A DNA stretch of 64,000 nucleotides from Amoebophrya sp. A120 (taxonomy: Eukaryota > Protista > Dinoflagellata), in NCBI GenBank assembly GCA_905178155.1, contig CAJINV010000009.1, positions 3,027,471 to 3,091,470 of the forward strand, in the 5' to 3' direction. The notes under the pieces were generated by a model, which was given only the letters and a program-made list of their open reading frames with translations, ran no database searches and was not told the origin of the DNA. Position 1 is the stretch's first letter; every line of letters begins with the position of its first letter. Shown one piece after another: positions 1-12,099 of this stretch. The position numbers and the translations under genes were made by a program.

Positions 1-127
1 TGCGCGGCTACCTCAAACAGGGCTACACTCTGCGTCCAGCTTTGTCATGCGAAACAGCCAAAACTTGCTGATTTGTGTAGCAAAGCCGCCATCTTGACTC
101 TGGGGTGGGTCGGTTTTACTCAGGATA

Positions 128-3100
128 TTGCGTCGTGCTTCGTTTTCACGGCGCAGTTGCTCTTTGTCGTGTCGGTTTCCGCTATCAAATGTAAAAATGT
201 CTGGGTCTGGAAGATTCCGAGATTTGTCATGCACATTTTGCATGACTCCTGATGTCTGTGATGCATGCCCTAGCATCAGAAATTTTTTGCGAGCTTTCTG
301 ATGCGTATCCAGCATGACAAATGCCCTCATCGTGTAGCACAAAATCGAATCCTCTTGTTAGTCATGCACCACAGATTTTCTTAGAATCCGAAGACAGCAT
401 CAGAAGTTGAATCCTTCCCGACCCAGACATTTTTACATTTGATATCCGCGGTGACAAAGCAAAAAGCGTTGCAGGTCGAGTATCGCCTCCTCAGCTGTTA
501 CTCTCCTAGCTGTTGCGTACCCGACAGCGTTTTTCATAGCAACCCAGCAAGAGAAAAGCGAGATGCGCTGCTCCGTTCGCATGACAAGTTTTGGACAGAT
601 TTCGATGTTATTCGAGGCATCTCAAATTTGTGATGCGAAGCTACATGAAAACTGGAAAAGTGACGCAGATTTTGCATGACAAACGTGTTGGCTACGTAGA
701 AGTTGAGAGCGTAGCACCTGAGGAAGCCATATCGAGTTTTTCGCACACCAGTCGAGACACCCATCGCACTATGCATTGCAAATATGTCTGGGTTTGGAAC
801 TCTGCAACTTGTGGTGCTAAATCTGAATATTGCAAAAATCTGTGCTGCATGATTACCAAATGCTGTCCACTTTTGATCAAGTTGAGAGGCAGTTTCTCAT
901 GCAGGGTAGGCATGAGAGGGATCTCGCGGAATCTGTCATGCTGGGTCCTCCATTGCAGATCATATGGGTCATGGAAAACCTACATGACAAGTCAAAGTCT
1001 AGCAGTTTTCCAGACCCAGACATATTTGTAGTTGATACGAACGTGATGTGCCCCGGCACGCGGCCGTACGTTCCGGTGGAGAGCAAATCATTTCCCGAGG
1101 CGATTTATGCAATTTGCAAGAGCAGTATCGTGCTGGTGCTCGTAGTAAATTGCATTTACAATTTTTTTCAACAAAACGACAAATCAAATTTGTAATGCGC
1201 TTTCAGGTCAGGAGCCGGATCTCGATCTGTCATGCTCATGCATGACTGCAATTACTCCACCGAGTACAACTTCTACACTCTTGCAATGCGTACGTCCTGC
1301 TCGACCAGGTGCAGACACTCGGAGTCGCGCAGCCTCAAATTTTGCACCTTATCAAATGCGAACATGTCTGGGTCTGGAAGAATGCAAGTTTGTCATGCTT
1401 GTCTCACATGACTCTCAAATCTGGCATGCACATTACCCAAGAGCCCCACTTTTCTGTCATGCAGCAACGCAGTTTGTCATGCAGCATAGGCAACACCTAG
1501 AAGCTCAGAAACTTGTCATGCTGAGCCAGCACTTGTGGTCTCCTCATGATACGCCACCCAGCATCACAAGTTTCCAGACCCAGACACTTTTGCAGTTGAT
1601 ACACCTGCGAGACCAGCAGCTCCTCACGGGGGCCGGGGAACCTGGCGAACCTATCCCACGAAAAAACTGTTTCACTGTGATGATTTTGCAAGATCTGCAT
1701 CACAAGTTTGCTACAAATGACAGAGAAAATTTGCCATGCGCGCTTCCTAAGGGAAAACACAGCTAAAAATCCAATGTCTTGCATGTGTAGCAAGACAAAT
1801 AGTTCTGTGTTACATTCTATGCATCACAAGTTCACAGTGAAACAGTTTTTTCTTGCGATAGAACCGGGAGTCAGAGTAATCGACAATGCCGTGTTATCCA
1901 GGGAAAAAACTGTGTTGGTGTAGGTCTCTTGGACGACCAGCATTACAAATTTACCCTGCACGAGAGAGAAAGCCTGTCATGCAATGCTAGTACGTGAAAA
2001 CACACATGAAAAGAGGACTTCATGGGTGTCTGGCATGACAAGTGTAACTGTTTTGCATTTTTTGCATCACAGACTTACACTTACACAGTTTTTTTCGTTG
2101 CATACGTGGATGACGGCGTTGGTGAAGTCGGTCGCTGCCAGAGCGTATCAAATGCAAAAATGACTGGGTCTGGGAGGATGGAACTTGTCATGCTAAATCT
2201 GCATCATGCAAAAATCTGTGTTGCATGATTACCACAAGTCGTCCAGTTTTGACCAAGTCGGGAGGGAGTTTCTCATGCACGATAGGCACGATAGAGATCG
2301 CACACAATCTGTCATGCTAGGTACTGCATTCCAGACCTCGTGGGTCATGGACAAGCTGCATGACAAACTTGCATTCTTCCAGACCCAGACACTTTTGCGT
2401 TTGCTAGAGCGGTAAACTGGTCACTGACGGTCGCCGCGAATTCCATTTCTAACTTCCCGGAGAAAGCGACCGAAACGGTACTCGTCGTGGTCGTGCTGGT
2501 TGTCATGGGAACAAACTTTTCGAACGAAGTGACTTGGTAGGCTGGCACCACGTATGCAGTGCAAATATGTCCTCTGGGTCTGGAAACCTGTGATGCTTAT
2601 TTGCTGCTGATTGCAACGCTTGCAATGGCAGCCAAGCATGACGAGTTTTTGAAACGGTTCTTTGAAACGCTTTCTGATGTCTAGCACGCATTACCACTTG
2701 CGTTTTTGCATGACTACAAAGGAAGTGGCTCTGCTGCTGCTCGTCACGCAACACAGATGTTCTAGGAATTATGCAAGACACGTATTACAAGTTCCACTTT
2801 TCCAGACCCAGACATATTTGCAATTGATACCACGTACTCAAAATGTCGCACCAGCCAGTCGTACATCCCGTTTGTTTCACTGTTCAGCGCTGCGGTGAAC
2901 ACCCCGGGCATCCTGAGCAAAAACGCCCCCACCCGAAAGTCAAGATGGTGATGGGGATTTTGCTACACAAATCAGCAAGTTTTGCGTGTTGCGCATGACA
3001 AGTGTAGTGCAGTCCTCTTTTGGTTTTGGGTAGTGAAACCGCATGACAAATCGGGTACCTAATCCTGATTCTAGCATGACAAGCTACCCGATAGCATTAG

Positions 3101-6100
3101 AAAATGGCCCTCATGGGACTGCGCATGAGAAACATTTTATTTTTAGGCATGCCAATTCGCATGACAAGTCGGGGGTGGGGAAGTTTTTACACAGGATACC
3201 GGGGGCCCCGGTGGCGGGTGCGGTCGACCAGATCTCCTTCAGTGCGTGCGGTTGGTCCCAATACACCCAGTTTTCCGGGGCCACGGTGAATTTCATATGG
3301 AAGCGTCAGGATTGAAATCGACAACAAAGTTGAAATAATATTAATTTCTCATGCATAACTTGCAAGGCATGAAGTGCCTCTCTTGCAGGGATGGCAAGCG
3401 AGGCCGACTGGCAGCCTGTTTCAGGTCTGCGATAGAGCTGCTAACGTAGCATGACAAAAGACGCCTTCTATCCCTAAGCAGCATGACAAACTGGATTCAG
3501 ATGGTGCCGAAATTTGTCATGCACCGCTTGAAAATTGGGCTGCCGACTGGTGTCGATTTTATGCATGACAAACTACCAGCCATGCTCCGGCTGCCGCCGG
3601 AGCGCAAGGCTGTTGGGCCGGGGCAAGACTGTGCGCCGATTGGACCACAACACCACGGGCCTGCGCACAACGCAACGTATTGGAGTCCTGCCGCCTGTTT
3701 GCGCCGCGCCGACCCGCAGGACCACTTGCGCGCCTCCCGCGCCTTTGGGCGCTCTGCGCAGGGAGCAGCTGCAAAGAACACCGGGGGCGAACAGAAGCCG
3801 CCCGGCGCGAGAGGGTAGCGCGAGGGGGTAGCGCGAGAGGGTAGCGCGAGAGGGTGGCGCGAGAGGGTGACGCGAGAGGGTGCGCGAGAGGGTGGCACGG
3901 AAAGACGCCGAACAAAACAAGTCCGTAAGGGCCTGCAGTTCGAGATATGGGTAGCGCCATGCGGATTCGCGCCTATTTCTTGCTGTTTTTACCTCCTCGC
4001 AGACCTCTCGCAGTCCCTCTTTTTGACCTCTTTTTGGGGTCCCCGCTAATACTCCGGCTATACTCGCGGGTAGAGGTCGACAGAGGTGGCCGAGAGGTGG
4101 CCAAGAGGGTCCGCGGGAGGTCGCCCCTTATTCGCGCAACCTCTCGGCACCTCTGTCCACCTCTCGCCTGCCCTCTTTTCTACCTCTCGGCACCCTCCGA
4201 GGCGCTTAGCGGCCCTAAAGGGCGAGCGGTTCGGCTGGCTATACTCGCGCCACCTCTCGCGCACCCTCTCGAACTGCCTCCCGCGCCACCTCTCCACCTC
4301 TGTCGACCTCTTTTTCACCTCTTTTGACCTCTTTTTTACCTCCCGGCCACCTCTCGTTCACCCTCTCTAGACCAATATTTTCGCATGAATATAATAGATA
4401 GTAATTTCAACTTTGACGATTTCAATTCTGACACTCCCATATTTCAGTCTCAACTCGTAGTACCAGTTTTCTTTGGCATCCGTCACCTGCGTCTGCGCCG
4501 CCTGTCTGTTCAGCGTGAGGCCCAAATCCTTGAACTGGTCCTGCCGCAAATTATCGTTGGTCCTCAAATCGGCAACGTTCCCCGAGGCTATGCATTGCAA
4601 ATATCGATCTGGTGTTTTGGATGGGTACGAGTCTATCATGCGTGTAGTCTCGTCACGTGACAACTCTTAGCTCTGTGATGCATGTTGAGCAGGAAAAGGG
4701 CCTCTTGCCTGTCATGCAAAAACGCAGTTTGCCATGCGAAAACGAAACACATAGTAGCTCAAAACCTTGTCATGCGTGGCTGCGTATTGCAGTGCGCTTA
4801 AGATTGATTCGCACCAGATTTGCATCACAACTTTCCAGACACCCAGACAAATTTGCGGTCGGTAGAGGCCGCGAGAGTGCAACACACCGGCTTCCCGTTC
4901 GCGCAGTACTTGCTTGCGTCATTCTCCTGCTGCCAACAACGAAAGGCGTCCGAAAATATGCAATACAAACTTCCCGTACGTGTACAAGATGCATAACAAA
5001 TTTCTCCAATTTGAAGTCTATACACTTGTCATGCTAAACCAGGACTGAAGCTAAGTTTTGTCATGCAGAAACACCATTTGTACGTTTACGGGACGACATT
5101 TACTGTGCATAGAAAAAACCTGCAACGCATGGCGCAGGGCGTTGTGCTATCCTTTGTAAAAACATCCCCACCCCAGAGTTGTAATGCAAATGCGCAATGA
5201 CAGGAACATTTGTAATGCGCATCCCCATGAGAGGTATTTCCAATCGTGATTTGGCATTTGTAATGCTGTAAACAGGATGAGAAATTGGCTTTCTCATGCG
5301 GCTTGCCTTGCTATGCGCCACTATACTACAGACGGAAACTTGTCATGCACAACTCCCAAAGCTTGCCGATTTGTCTAGGAGATTTCCCATCTTGACTCTG
5401 GTGTGGGGACGTTTTTACTCAGGATATGTGCAGGACTGAGTTGCCCAGGATTTCTCCGATCTTCGCGTCGTCGTCCACCTCCGCCCCGGTGAGGCCGCGG
5501 AACTGCACCAACACGGGGAGGTCCGCGGGGATGTGTTTTTGATAGCTAGTATCAAAAGGAAAAATCCCCCCTCCCCATATCGAAAACGAACTTTGTGCTG
5601 CTGTATTTGAGTACGCCTTGTATTGCTAGAAGGCCAAGAGCCGCGGTCGTGGCCTTGCTTGCAGGCAATTTGACATGCTGTTTCCCACTTCCAGCTGCCT
5701 CCTGTCATGCTGAAAAAGCAAGGCTTTCTCCCGCCCCCCAGCACTACAGTCCGCATCTTTTCCCTTCTAGCATGACAGAGCTGATTTGTGATCACAAATC
5801 TGCGTCACAGATTTCCGTTTTGATGTCGGGAGGGGGGATTTTTCTTCTTGATAGCTAGACCGCCAGAGCTCGTAGATCATCGCGTTCTTCGGCTTCTTCC
5901 CCCCCGTGACAGATATGGAAAGAAAAAAGTTTGTCACAGTCACTCACTAGCTTGGAGGTTTTGCATTACAAATTTTTTCATCACAGCTTTGCCGTGTATT
6001 GCAAAAACACTAAGGGAAATCCCGCATGCAGTTTGGCTGTGAAGATGCATGTTTACGCATGACAGGCATTTTTTGTATTGCAAAAATGCCCATAAGTGAT

Positions 6101-9100
6101 CGCGACGAACTTTTTTCTCTTGATAGCAGACGTTACGACTCTACTGCCACAATAACTCCACCAGGAATTCCATTTTTCACTGCAAGCCGGGTTAGTGTTT
6201 ATCTTCGAGTAGCGAACCTTTTCATTGTATCCTCAGTAAAAACGTCCCCACACCAGAGTCAAGATGGGAAATTTTTTTTATTTTTTTTTGCCTGCGGGAG
6301 GGGATTTCAGTTTCAGATGCGTTTTCCGGTCTATTTCCGCCGGGGGTTACGCCGTGTACAGCAGGTCGACACTGCCAGGAAACTCGATGTGCGCGCCGCA
6401 TTGGTCCATACAAATCAAAACCCAAAACCCTAAACCCTTCAGTTTCAGTTTCATGGAGCGGCCCCGTGCTGGAACACTTCTGATGGTGGACGTGAGCACG
6501 AGATTTGCGGCTTCGCGCCGCGACAACCAAATGGGGGTCTCTTCCCCCCCCCCTCCGCTTTCGAAAATCCCGTTTGTGCGTGCATACTGCAAAAGGTCGA
6601 CATCGGTGGTCGACAGGAAATCGAGATCAAGCTCGAATCGAAGGCACCGGCCACAAAAGAAGATAAGACGAAAATCATCGGGGAGGATCGGAAGACCGCA
6701 ATTTGTGATGCCTGTGGCTGCTAAAACCCGAACGGCATGGGGGTAGCTACCACGCCGAGCGCGCGGATTCGTTTTCCTTTACGTGTCGAGCCGGTAGCAG
6801 CGGCACACGCCACATCTCTTCCATCTTGCAGCGTCCGGACGGATGTGTTGGGGGGCATAGCAGTGCGGGGGGATACTAATGTACTGCGGCTTTGCAGGGC
6901 CGGAATTTGTCATGCAAAATTTGTTTTTCGGATAGTGCAAACGAACTTTTTTACTAGAGCTAACAAGTCACCGCGTCACGCCTAGGTGACACCTACCGGC
7001 TATTTAGTAACTGCGCCGCCTGAATCGGTTTGCTATGTACTGACCCGGTAGCAGCGGGCGGAAGTTCTTTTTCTAGGAAACTACACCGGCAGCTTTGTGC
7101 AGATACCGCAGATAGCCAGCAGGGCGCCGCTAGTAAAACCACTAAATTTTAACTATTTTGTCATGCAAAATTGGATAAGATGGAACTTGTAGGGCAAGAG
7201 CTGCGGAACCAACCGGGGCGAAATCTCGACTATCAGCAGCGGCGAGTTATATGTCGTCGCGGTCGAGGATGTCTTGCACGGGATCGGCAGTATTCGAGGC
7301 TGAAAATCGGCGTGTGGGGTGGAGGAACTTGAAGATGGATTTCCTTTCTTGGGAGACGCGGCAGGCTCGGGTGTACTCGGCGGAGAAAGGGTCTGCAAGA
7401 TGTCGAAGTACAACAGCACACCGGGGAAGTGCAGCAACAGCGTATTTGTCTGATCGTCCGTTGCGGGGGGCAGCTGGCTCCCGTGCAGGTCCGGTGGTGT
7501 GGATTGTACAGCTGCTGCACCGGCCCGCAAGTGCCGGATTGCTGGCGAGAAGAGGTAAAGGGACAGCATGGCGAGCCCCCAAACGCGGCCCGGCTCCGGT
7601 CCGGGCAAGTAAAACTCCGGTTGCTCCCAGGGCGGCAGTGTGGACCCGATACGCCGGGAGGTCTGGTAGCGACGGAAACTGGCGCCAGGTGGGGATTCCC
7701 GTTCTGCGAATGCATAAACAGGGCTAGCAGCTGGTTTGGCGGTGTTGGTGCCCTGTACACCGGTTTTCTGGCCAGTAGCCGCGATTCGCGCAGAACAGAC
7801 CGAAATTCTTTTTGTAGCTCCGTATTCACCGGCCACCGCGATGCACTTGTCTCCGGTGAAACTGGCAGCTGCCGCTTCGGGGTCACCTCCACGTCATCAG
7901 GATCCGGTCGGGCCGGAGTACTATGGATCGAAAAACCGAACGGGGAAATTCATATTTGAAATCAAGGTGAGGAAAAGACCGAAAACACCGCCGGCGAGCA
8001 AGCTCTTCCGCGGTGCTTTTAGTTTTACGGTGCTATAGTGTGATTTTGTTTTGGTATTTGCTTTTATGGTCCAACCCGGACCTGAAATCAAAACCCGGAC
8101 CCGAAGCCGAGACTCGGACCCGAAACCGAAACCCGTACTCGAACCGTGGGCCCGAAATCCGGACCCGAAACTTCGGACACTACCTAGAAGAGGGCATACC
8201 GTCCTAAGTGCAACTACGTTTTCGTACCGGGAGAGAGCGACAAAGACAGATCCAAACGCAGGCGTACAGCCGGGGGAAAAGAAGGATGCCTCTATACACG
8301 GCTACCCGCATGCAAAAATAAGGGAAAAGGAAAAGTGTATTCACGCAAAACGGTTGGCACCCACCTTGAGTATGTCTTCCTACTGATAAGCGGAGACGAA
8401 GATAGGTAGAATTCTTGCCGCTAGAATTCTACCTTTGGTATTTATTTCTTAGTCCTGACATACATACCTGATTAGCAACCAAGAGATCGCACTTCGCCGA
8501 AGGCTAGTGCCACGGTTGTAGCATACATATCTGCGCATACATGTCATACAAGAAACAGTAAAGGACTGATTAAAACAAATACCAATCTCAGTCTCCCACA
8601 TACCTGTAGGGCGCGGTTGCCTCACCTTCTGGAAATCTGCGGTTGAGTCAAGATGGGAAATCTGCTAGACAAATCAACCACTTTTGTTTGTTTGGCATGA
8701 CATCAAGTTTGTCCCCGTATTGTCATCCTGTTTAGCTAGTTCCGAAGCATCACAGATCTAGCGCATCATGCTGATTCTAGCATCACAAATTCCGAAACAC
8801 GACTAGAAAATGGCTCTCATTGGGCTCCGCATCATCATCATCATCATCATCATGTAGTGGACACCCGCACCCAGCGCCACAGGTCAAGGATCCCCTCCCC
8901 GGGGGGTGGGCGAGGAAGCACATTCGGCGACCTCCGCATGAGAAACTTTTTGGGCATGCAGATGTGCATGACAACTCTGGAGAGGGGACGTTTCTACTCA
9001 GAATACATTGTACCACGAGTAAACCTATCAAGTGCAAAAATGTCTGGGTCTGGAAGATTTTGAGATTTGTCATGCCTGTCTAGCATGACCAAAAAGTTTG

Positions 9101-11395
9101 TGACGCGTGTCCAAGAAGAGACCCTGTTGCCTGTCATGCAAAAACGCAGTTTGTCATGCGAAAAGCGCAACACAAAGAAGCGCAGATATTTCTCAACGTG
9201 CTTGCCTGTGCATTTTTACAGAGCATTCATTATTCCCAACGTAGCATCACAAGTCTCCAGACCCAGACATTTTTGCAGTTGATAAAACCTGGTCGATCAC
9301 GGGGTCGGAATCCGGATTATCGTAGCACTGGCGGAAATAGTCTTTGCAACGTGTCTTGCATTCTATCAAATGCAAATATGTCTGGGTCTGGAAGGTTGGA
9401 AGACTTGTCATGCAGGTCTTCCATGACACCTGAGTTCTGTCATACATGACCCAGCATGACAGATTCTGTCTGACCTCTATCATGCCTCGTCTGCATGAGA
9501 AACTCCCTCTCAGCTTGGCCAAAAGTGGACAGCTGCTTTTGGTAATCATGCAACACAGATATTTGCACCATCCAAAATTAGCATGACAAGTTGCAACCTT
9601 CCAGACCCAGACATATTTGCAATGCGTACATTCGGTCTGGCAACAATTGTTTTTGTTCTTCCACGAGTTCAGTTCGGACATATCCAACGCAAATCAATGT
9701 CTGGGTCTGGAAGGTTGGAATTTGTAATGCTAGCTTTCCATACCTAGGATATCTGTAATTGCATAACCACCAAAATTCACAGCCTCTTTTGTACATCCAA
9801 ACACGCAGCTTCTTATGCGGATTGCCTATGAGAAAGCGTTCTGGAAGTTGTCACGATGGATAGGTTGCATTCGGAAGTATTATTTCCATCATCCACATTT
9901 TAGCATCACAAGTTTCCAGACCCAGACATTATATTTGCAGTTGATAGGAAACATCGCGGCACCACTCCCACACCTTCAAATTGTTTCCCATTTTCCAGTA
10001 TCAAATGCAAATATGTCTGGATGGGGTAATGCTGAGTTGTGAATAGTGAAAAACTCTCTGTAATGCACAGCCAAGCATGAGAAATATTTGCGCTGCTTAG
10101 TGTTGCGCCTTCCGAATGACAAATTGCGTTTTGCATGACAAGCAAAAGGGTCTCTCCTTGGCCACGCATCGCAAACTCTTTAGTCATGCCAGACAAGCAT
10201 GACACACCTTGCATCCTTCCTGACCCAGACATATTTGCACAATGCATATCCAGTTCTCCGTGTCAAGAATGGCCGCATCCGGGAACGTATCCTGTGCCAA
10301 AGTATCGCACTCGTAGTAACTGCATTTATGCATTACAAGTCTGGTTCTCAAGGCCAATCAGCATTACAAATTTTACTTCTCATGCTGAGGAAATTTGTAA
10401 TGCAATTACTACAACTAGTACGATGCTCTTGCAATTCATAGACTGTATCACCTGCAAATACCTTTGTCTGGGTCTCGAAGTAGAGTGCAACTTGCGAAGT
10501 TGCCGTTGGATTTTTCCAAAAAAATGCGTGATTTTTTTTTTGTCGGAGCAGCAAAAGGCGGCCAGTTTTTCTACTCAGTAGTAGTGAGAGTGACCATTTT
10601 ACCCTTTGCGCGTGCTTGCGGCCCGTGGGCGCTAGATGTGGTTGGCCTGCCTTATCATCCAAGCCCGTGAGCAAGGTGGAGCTCCAGCGTTGCCTTGGTG
10701 GGTTAATAGTCTTGCAAACTTTATTGCAACCTCTCCGCTTTTGTGGTTGGTTGCGCGCTAAGATAAGCTGGGGGGCTAAGATCGTACTCGCTAACCCTAT
10801 CCCGATGACGGACAACCCCAAACGCGTGCCCTTTTTTAGCACGCTCCCGACCGGTTTCCGCGCCCCCTTTTTATGCGCATAGGTGCAGATCGGTCCTCCG
10901 AGCTCCGCGCTAGCAGAGCCGCCACCGCGCCCGCCCCGGGGGGACCACTTTAGGAAACCCAAACCATGCAGAATGTGCATGACAAACCTTGCAGTCTCCC
11001 AGGAGACCCTGACACTATATTTTATGCACTGGATAGACCGAAGCAGCCGTTGCTGCCGTTCGGTGCCCACCTACCGTAGTAACCAAGATCCCCCCGCCAG
11101 TCTGGTTCAACGGCTGCAGGGCAAAGGCTGGCACAGGAAGGATTGGCGCGACGTTTATTTCTGCGTGAAGTGCTCGCCCCTGTTCTACTACTTTCTGGTT
11201 GTACAACTGGGCTTCTTCATTTGCACTGCCTTCTACCGAGAATGCGCCTGTAGTACTGCAGCTCAAAAAAAGTTGTACTGCAAGTACCCACACGAGAACC
11301 AGGCTTCTCATGCAGAGTCGCACGTCAAACCGCCATGCCGGCATGAGGCCGAGGTGCGGCCGCAGAAATTTATGCCTCTCTGGCGCCGGGAACAT
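128..11395 (-). CDS. Large multi-exon hypothetical protein (possibly secreted), split by more than 20 introners; runs off the window's left edge
   Basis: Inter-element segments read open on the minus strand (e.g. ECKTRCKDYFRQCYDNPDSDPVIDQV, NVADLRTNDNLRQDQFKDLGL, FTVAPENWVYWDQPHALKEIW). A hydrophobic stretch MRSLVLVWVLAVQLFLSCS lies near 11300. Not fully spliced; could be more than one gene. Confidence 0.5.
183..444. mobile_element. Introner family A representative (TIR TATCAAATG-AAAAATGTCTGGGTCTGGAA), the most abundant family
   Basis: About 30-bp imperfect TIR; direct repeat tccgc at 178-182 and 445-449. Confidence 0.92.
1652..1860. mobile_element. Introner, ~210-bp class (TIR TATC-C--GAAAAAACTGTTTCACTGT)
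   Basis: TIR pair with direct repeat gaacc; relatives at 32024-32237 and 45248-45466. Confidence 0.9.
3296..4441. mobile_element. Introner family E (TIR TATGGAAG-GTCAGGAT-GAAATCG) enlarged by a nested insertion
   Basis: Direct repeat tttca on both sides; uninterrupted relatives at 56515-56834 and 59820-60129 are about 310-320 bp. Confidence 0.85.
3576..4398 (-). mobile_element. Non-autonomous Helitron-like element nested in an introner
   Basis: On the minus strand it starts A|TCTATTATAT and ends with hairpin gctccggc-(4)-gccggagc then CTGG|T. No duplication; the empty site is A|T. Interior has GAGAGGGT repeats followed by ACCTCT/ACCCTCT repeats. Confidence 0.6.
5148..5426. mobile_element. 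Introner family B representative (TIR TATCCTG-GTAAAAACGTCCCCAC-CCAGAGT), ~280 bp
   Basis: Direct repeat tgtgc; relatives at 29963-30244, 31632-31910, 34802-35080, 48755-49039, 49701-49979, 55285-55563. Confidence 0.92.
5550..5853. mobile_element. Introner family C representative (TIR TATCAAAAGGAAAAATCCCCCTCCCCATATC), ~305-335 bp
   Basis: Direct repeat gctag; relatives at 29314-29624, 30932-31253, 32684-32999, 48382-48702, 56908-57232. Confidence 0.92.
6273..8645 (-). mobile_element. Non-LTR retroposon-like insertion (poly(A) tail, 17-bp duplication), no recognisable RT ORF
   Basis: gagtcaagatgggaaat is duplicated at 6256-6272 and 8646-8662; a T-rich run follows the left copy directly. Confidence 0.7.
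8833..8931 (-). mobile_element. Short retroposed fragment with (ATG)n/(TGA)n tail
   Basis: ctccgcat is duplicated either side; (cat)n run at the left end; absent from other family B copies. Confidence 0.65.
10288..10440. mobile_element. Introner, ~155-bp class (TIR TATCCTGTGC-AAAGTATCG)
   Basis: Relatives at 49450-49616 (gaagc), 51706-51859 (caaag) and 60834-60990 (gcttg). Confidence 0.8.
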
Positions 11396-12099
11396 TCTTT
11401 ATTTTGCTTTTGTTCTTTCCCCCGCTACAGCAAAGCAGGGCAAGAAGTCGCATACTTTCAGAAATCTATTCTCAAGGCTACCCGCCGCTCCTTGTACTTT
11501 ATTTCGGCTGTACTGCTACGTACCAGTATGCAGGAAGAACTCATCGAGTAAAACCCTCTATCGCTGCTCGTTGTCGTTCAAGCTGCGCACCGGGAATAAT
11601 TGAAATCATGGTGACCTGCTCGGCTGTGTTTGCTGCAGGACCTCCCGCTTGTTCACGCCCCCTCCTCTCAAGGTTATTTGGTCTACAATTCAATATTCCA
11701 AAAGAAACGAAAACTGAAAAAGCCCCAGCCAAATTTTCCAAATTCTTACCCGGCGAACCATTTTGCATGATTCATCCGCTTTGTTGAGGCTCCTTGTGGA
11801 GTTCTTGTACTGGTTGTATCATTCTATTTCATTTTCACTTGTGTAAACTACAGAAACAGAACCACTGTCAACATTCCCCGATAATCGACGTCCAGTGTGG
11901 TCGTGTTTGCTTTCATCAAGTACACCGGTGAAGTTCTTTAGCTTTATTTTTTCGTTATAGACAACTTCAACCCGCCGCCCCCTGTTCGTTTTTGAGATGA
12001 CCCTCCTCACGCCTAATATTCCACCGCAAGAAAAATGATCCGCCTGTTGCTGTTTCCTAGCCAAAACTCGGCAAGAACTTCTGGCGTTCATGCAACACT

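Larger units (their letters stand above)
6228..9005. mobile_element. Family B introner expanded to 2.8 kb by two nested insertions
   Basis: Left TIR at 6228, right TIR ending 9005, direct repeat cattg on both sides. Confidence 0.85.

Noticed and set aside
7153-7959. Overlapping 150-230 aa ORFs inside the 2.4-kb insert as a possible RT or transposase
   Set aside because: No YxDD, DDE, endonuclease or HUH motif recognised; several frames are open because of GC content.
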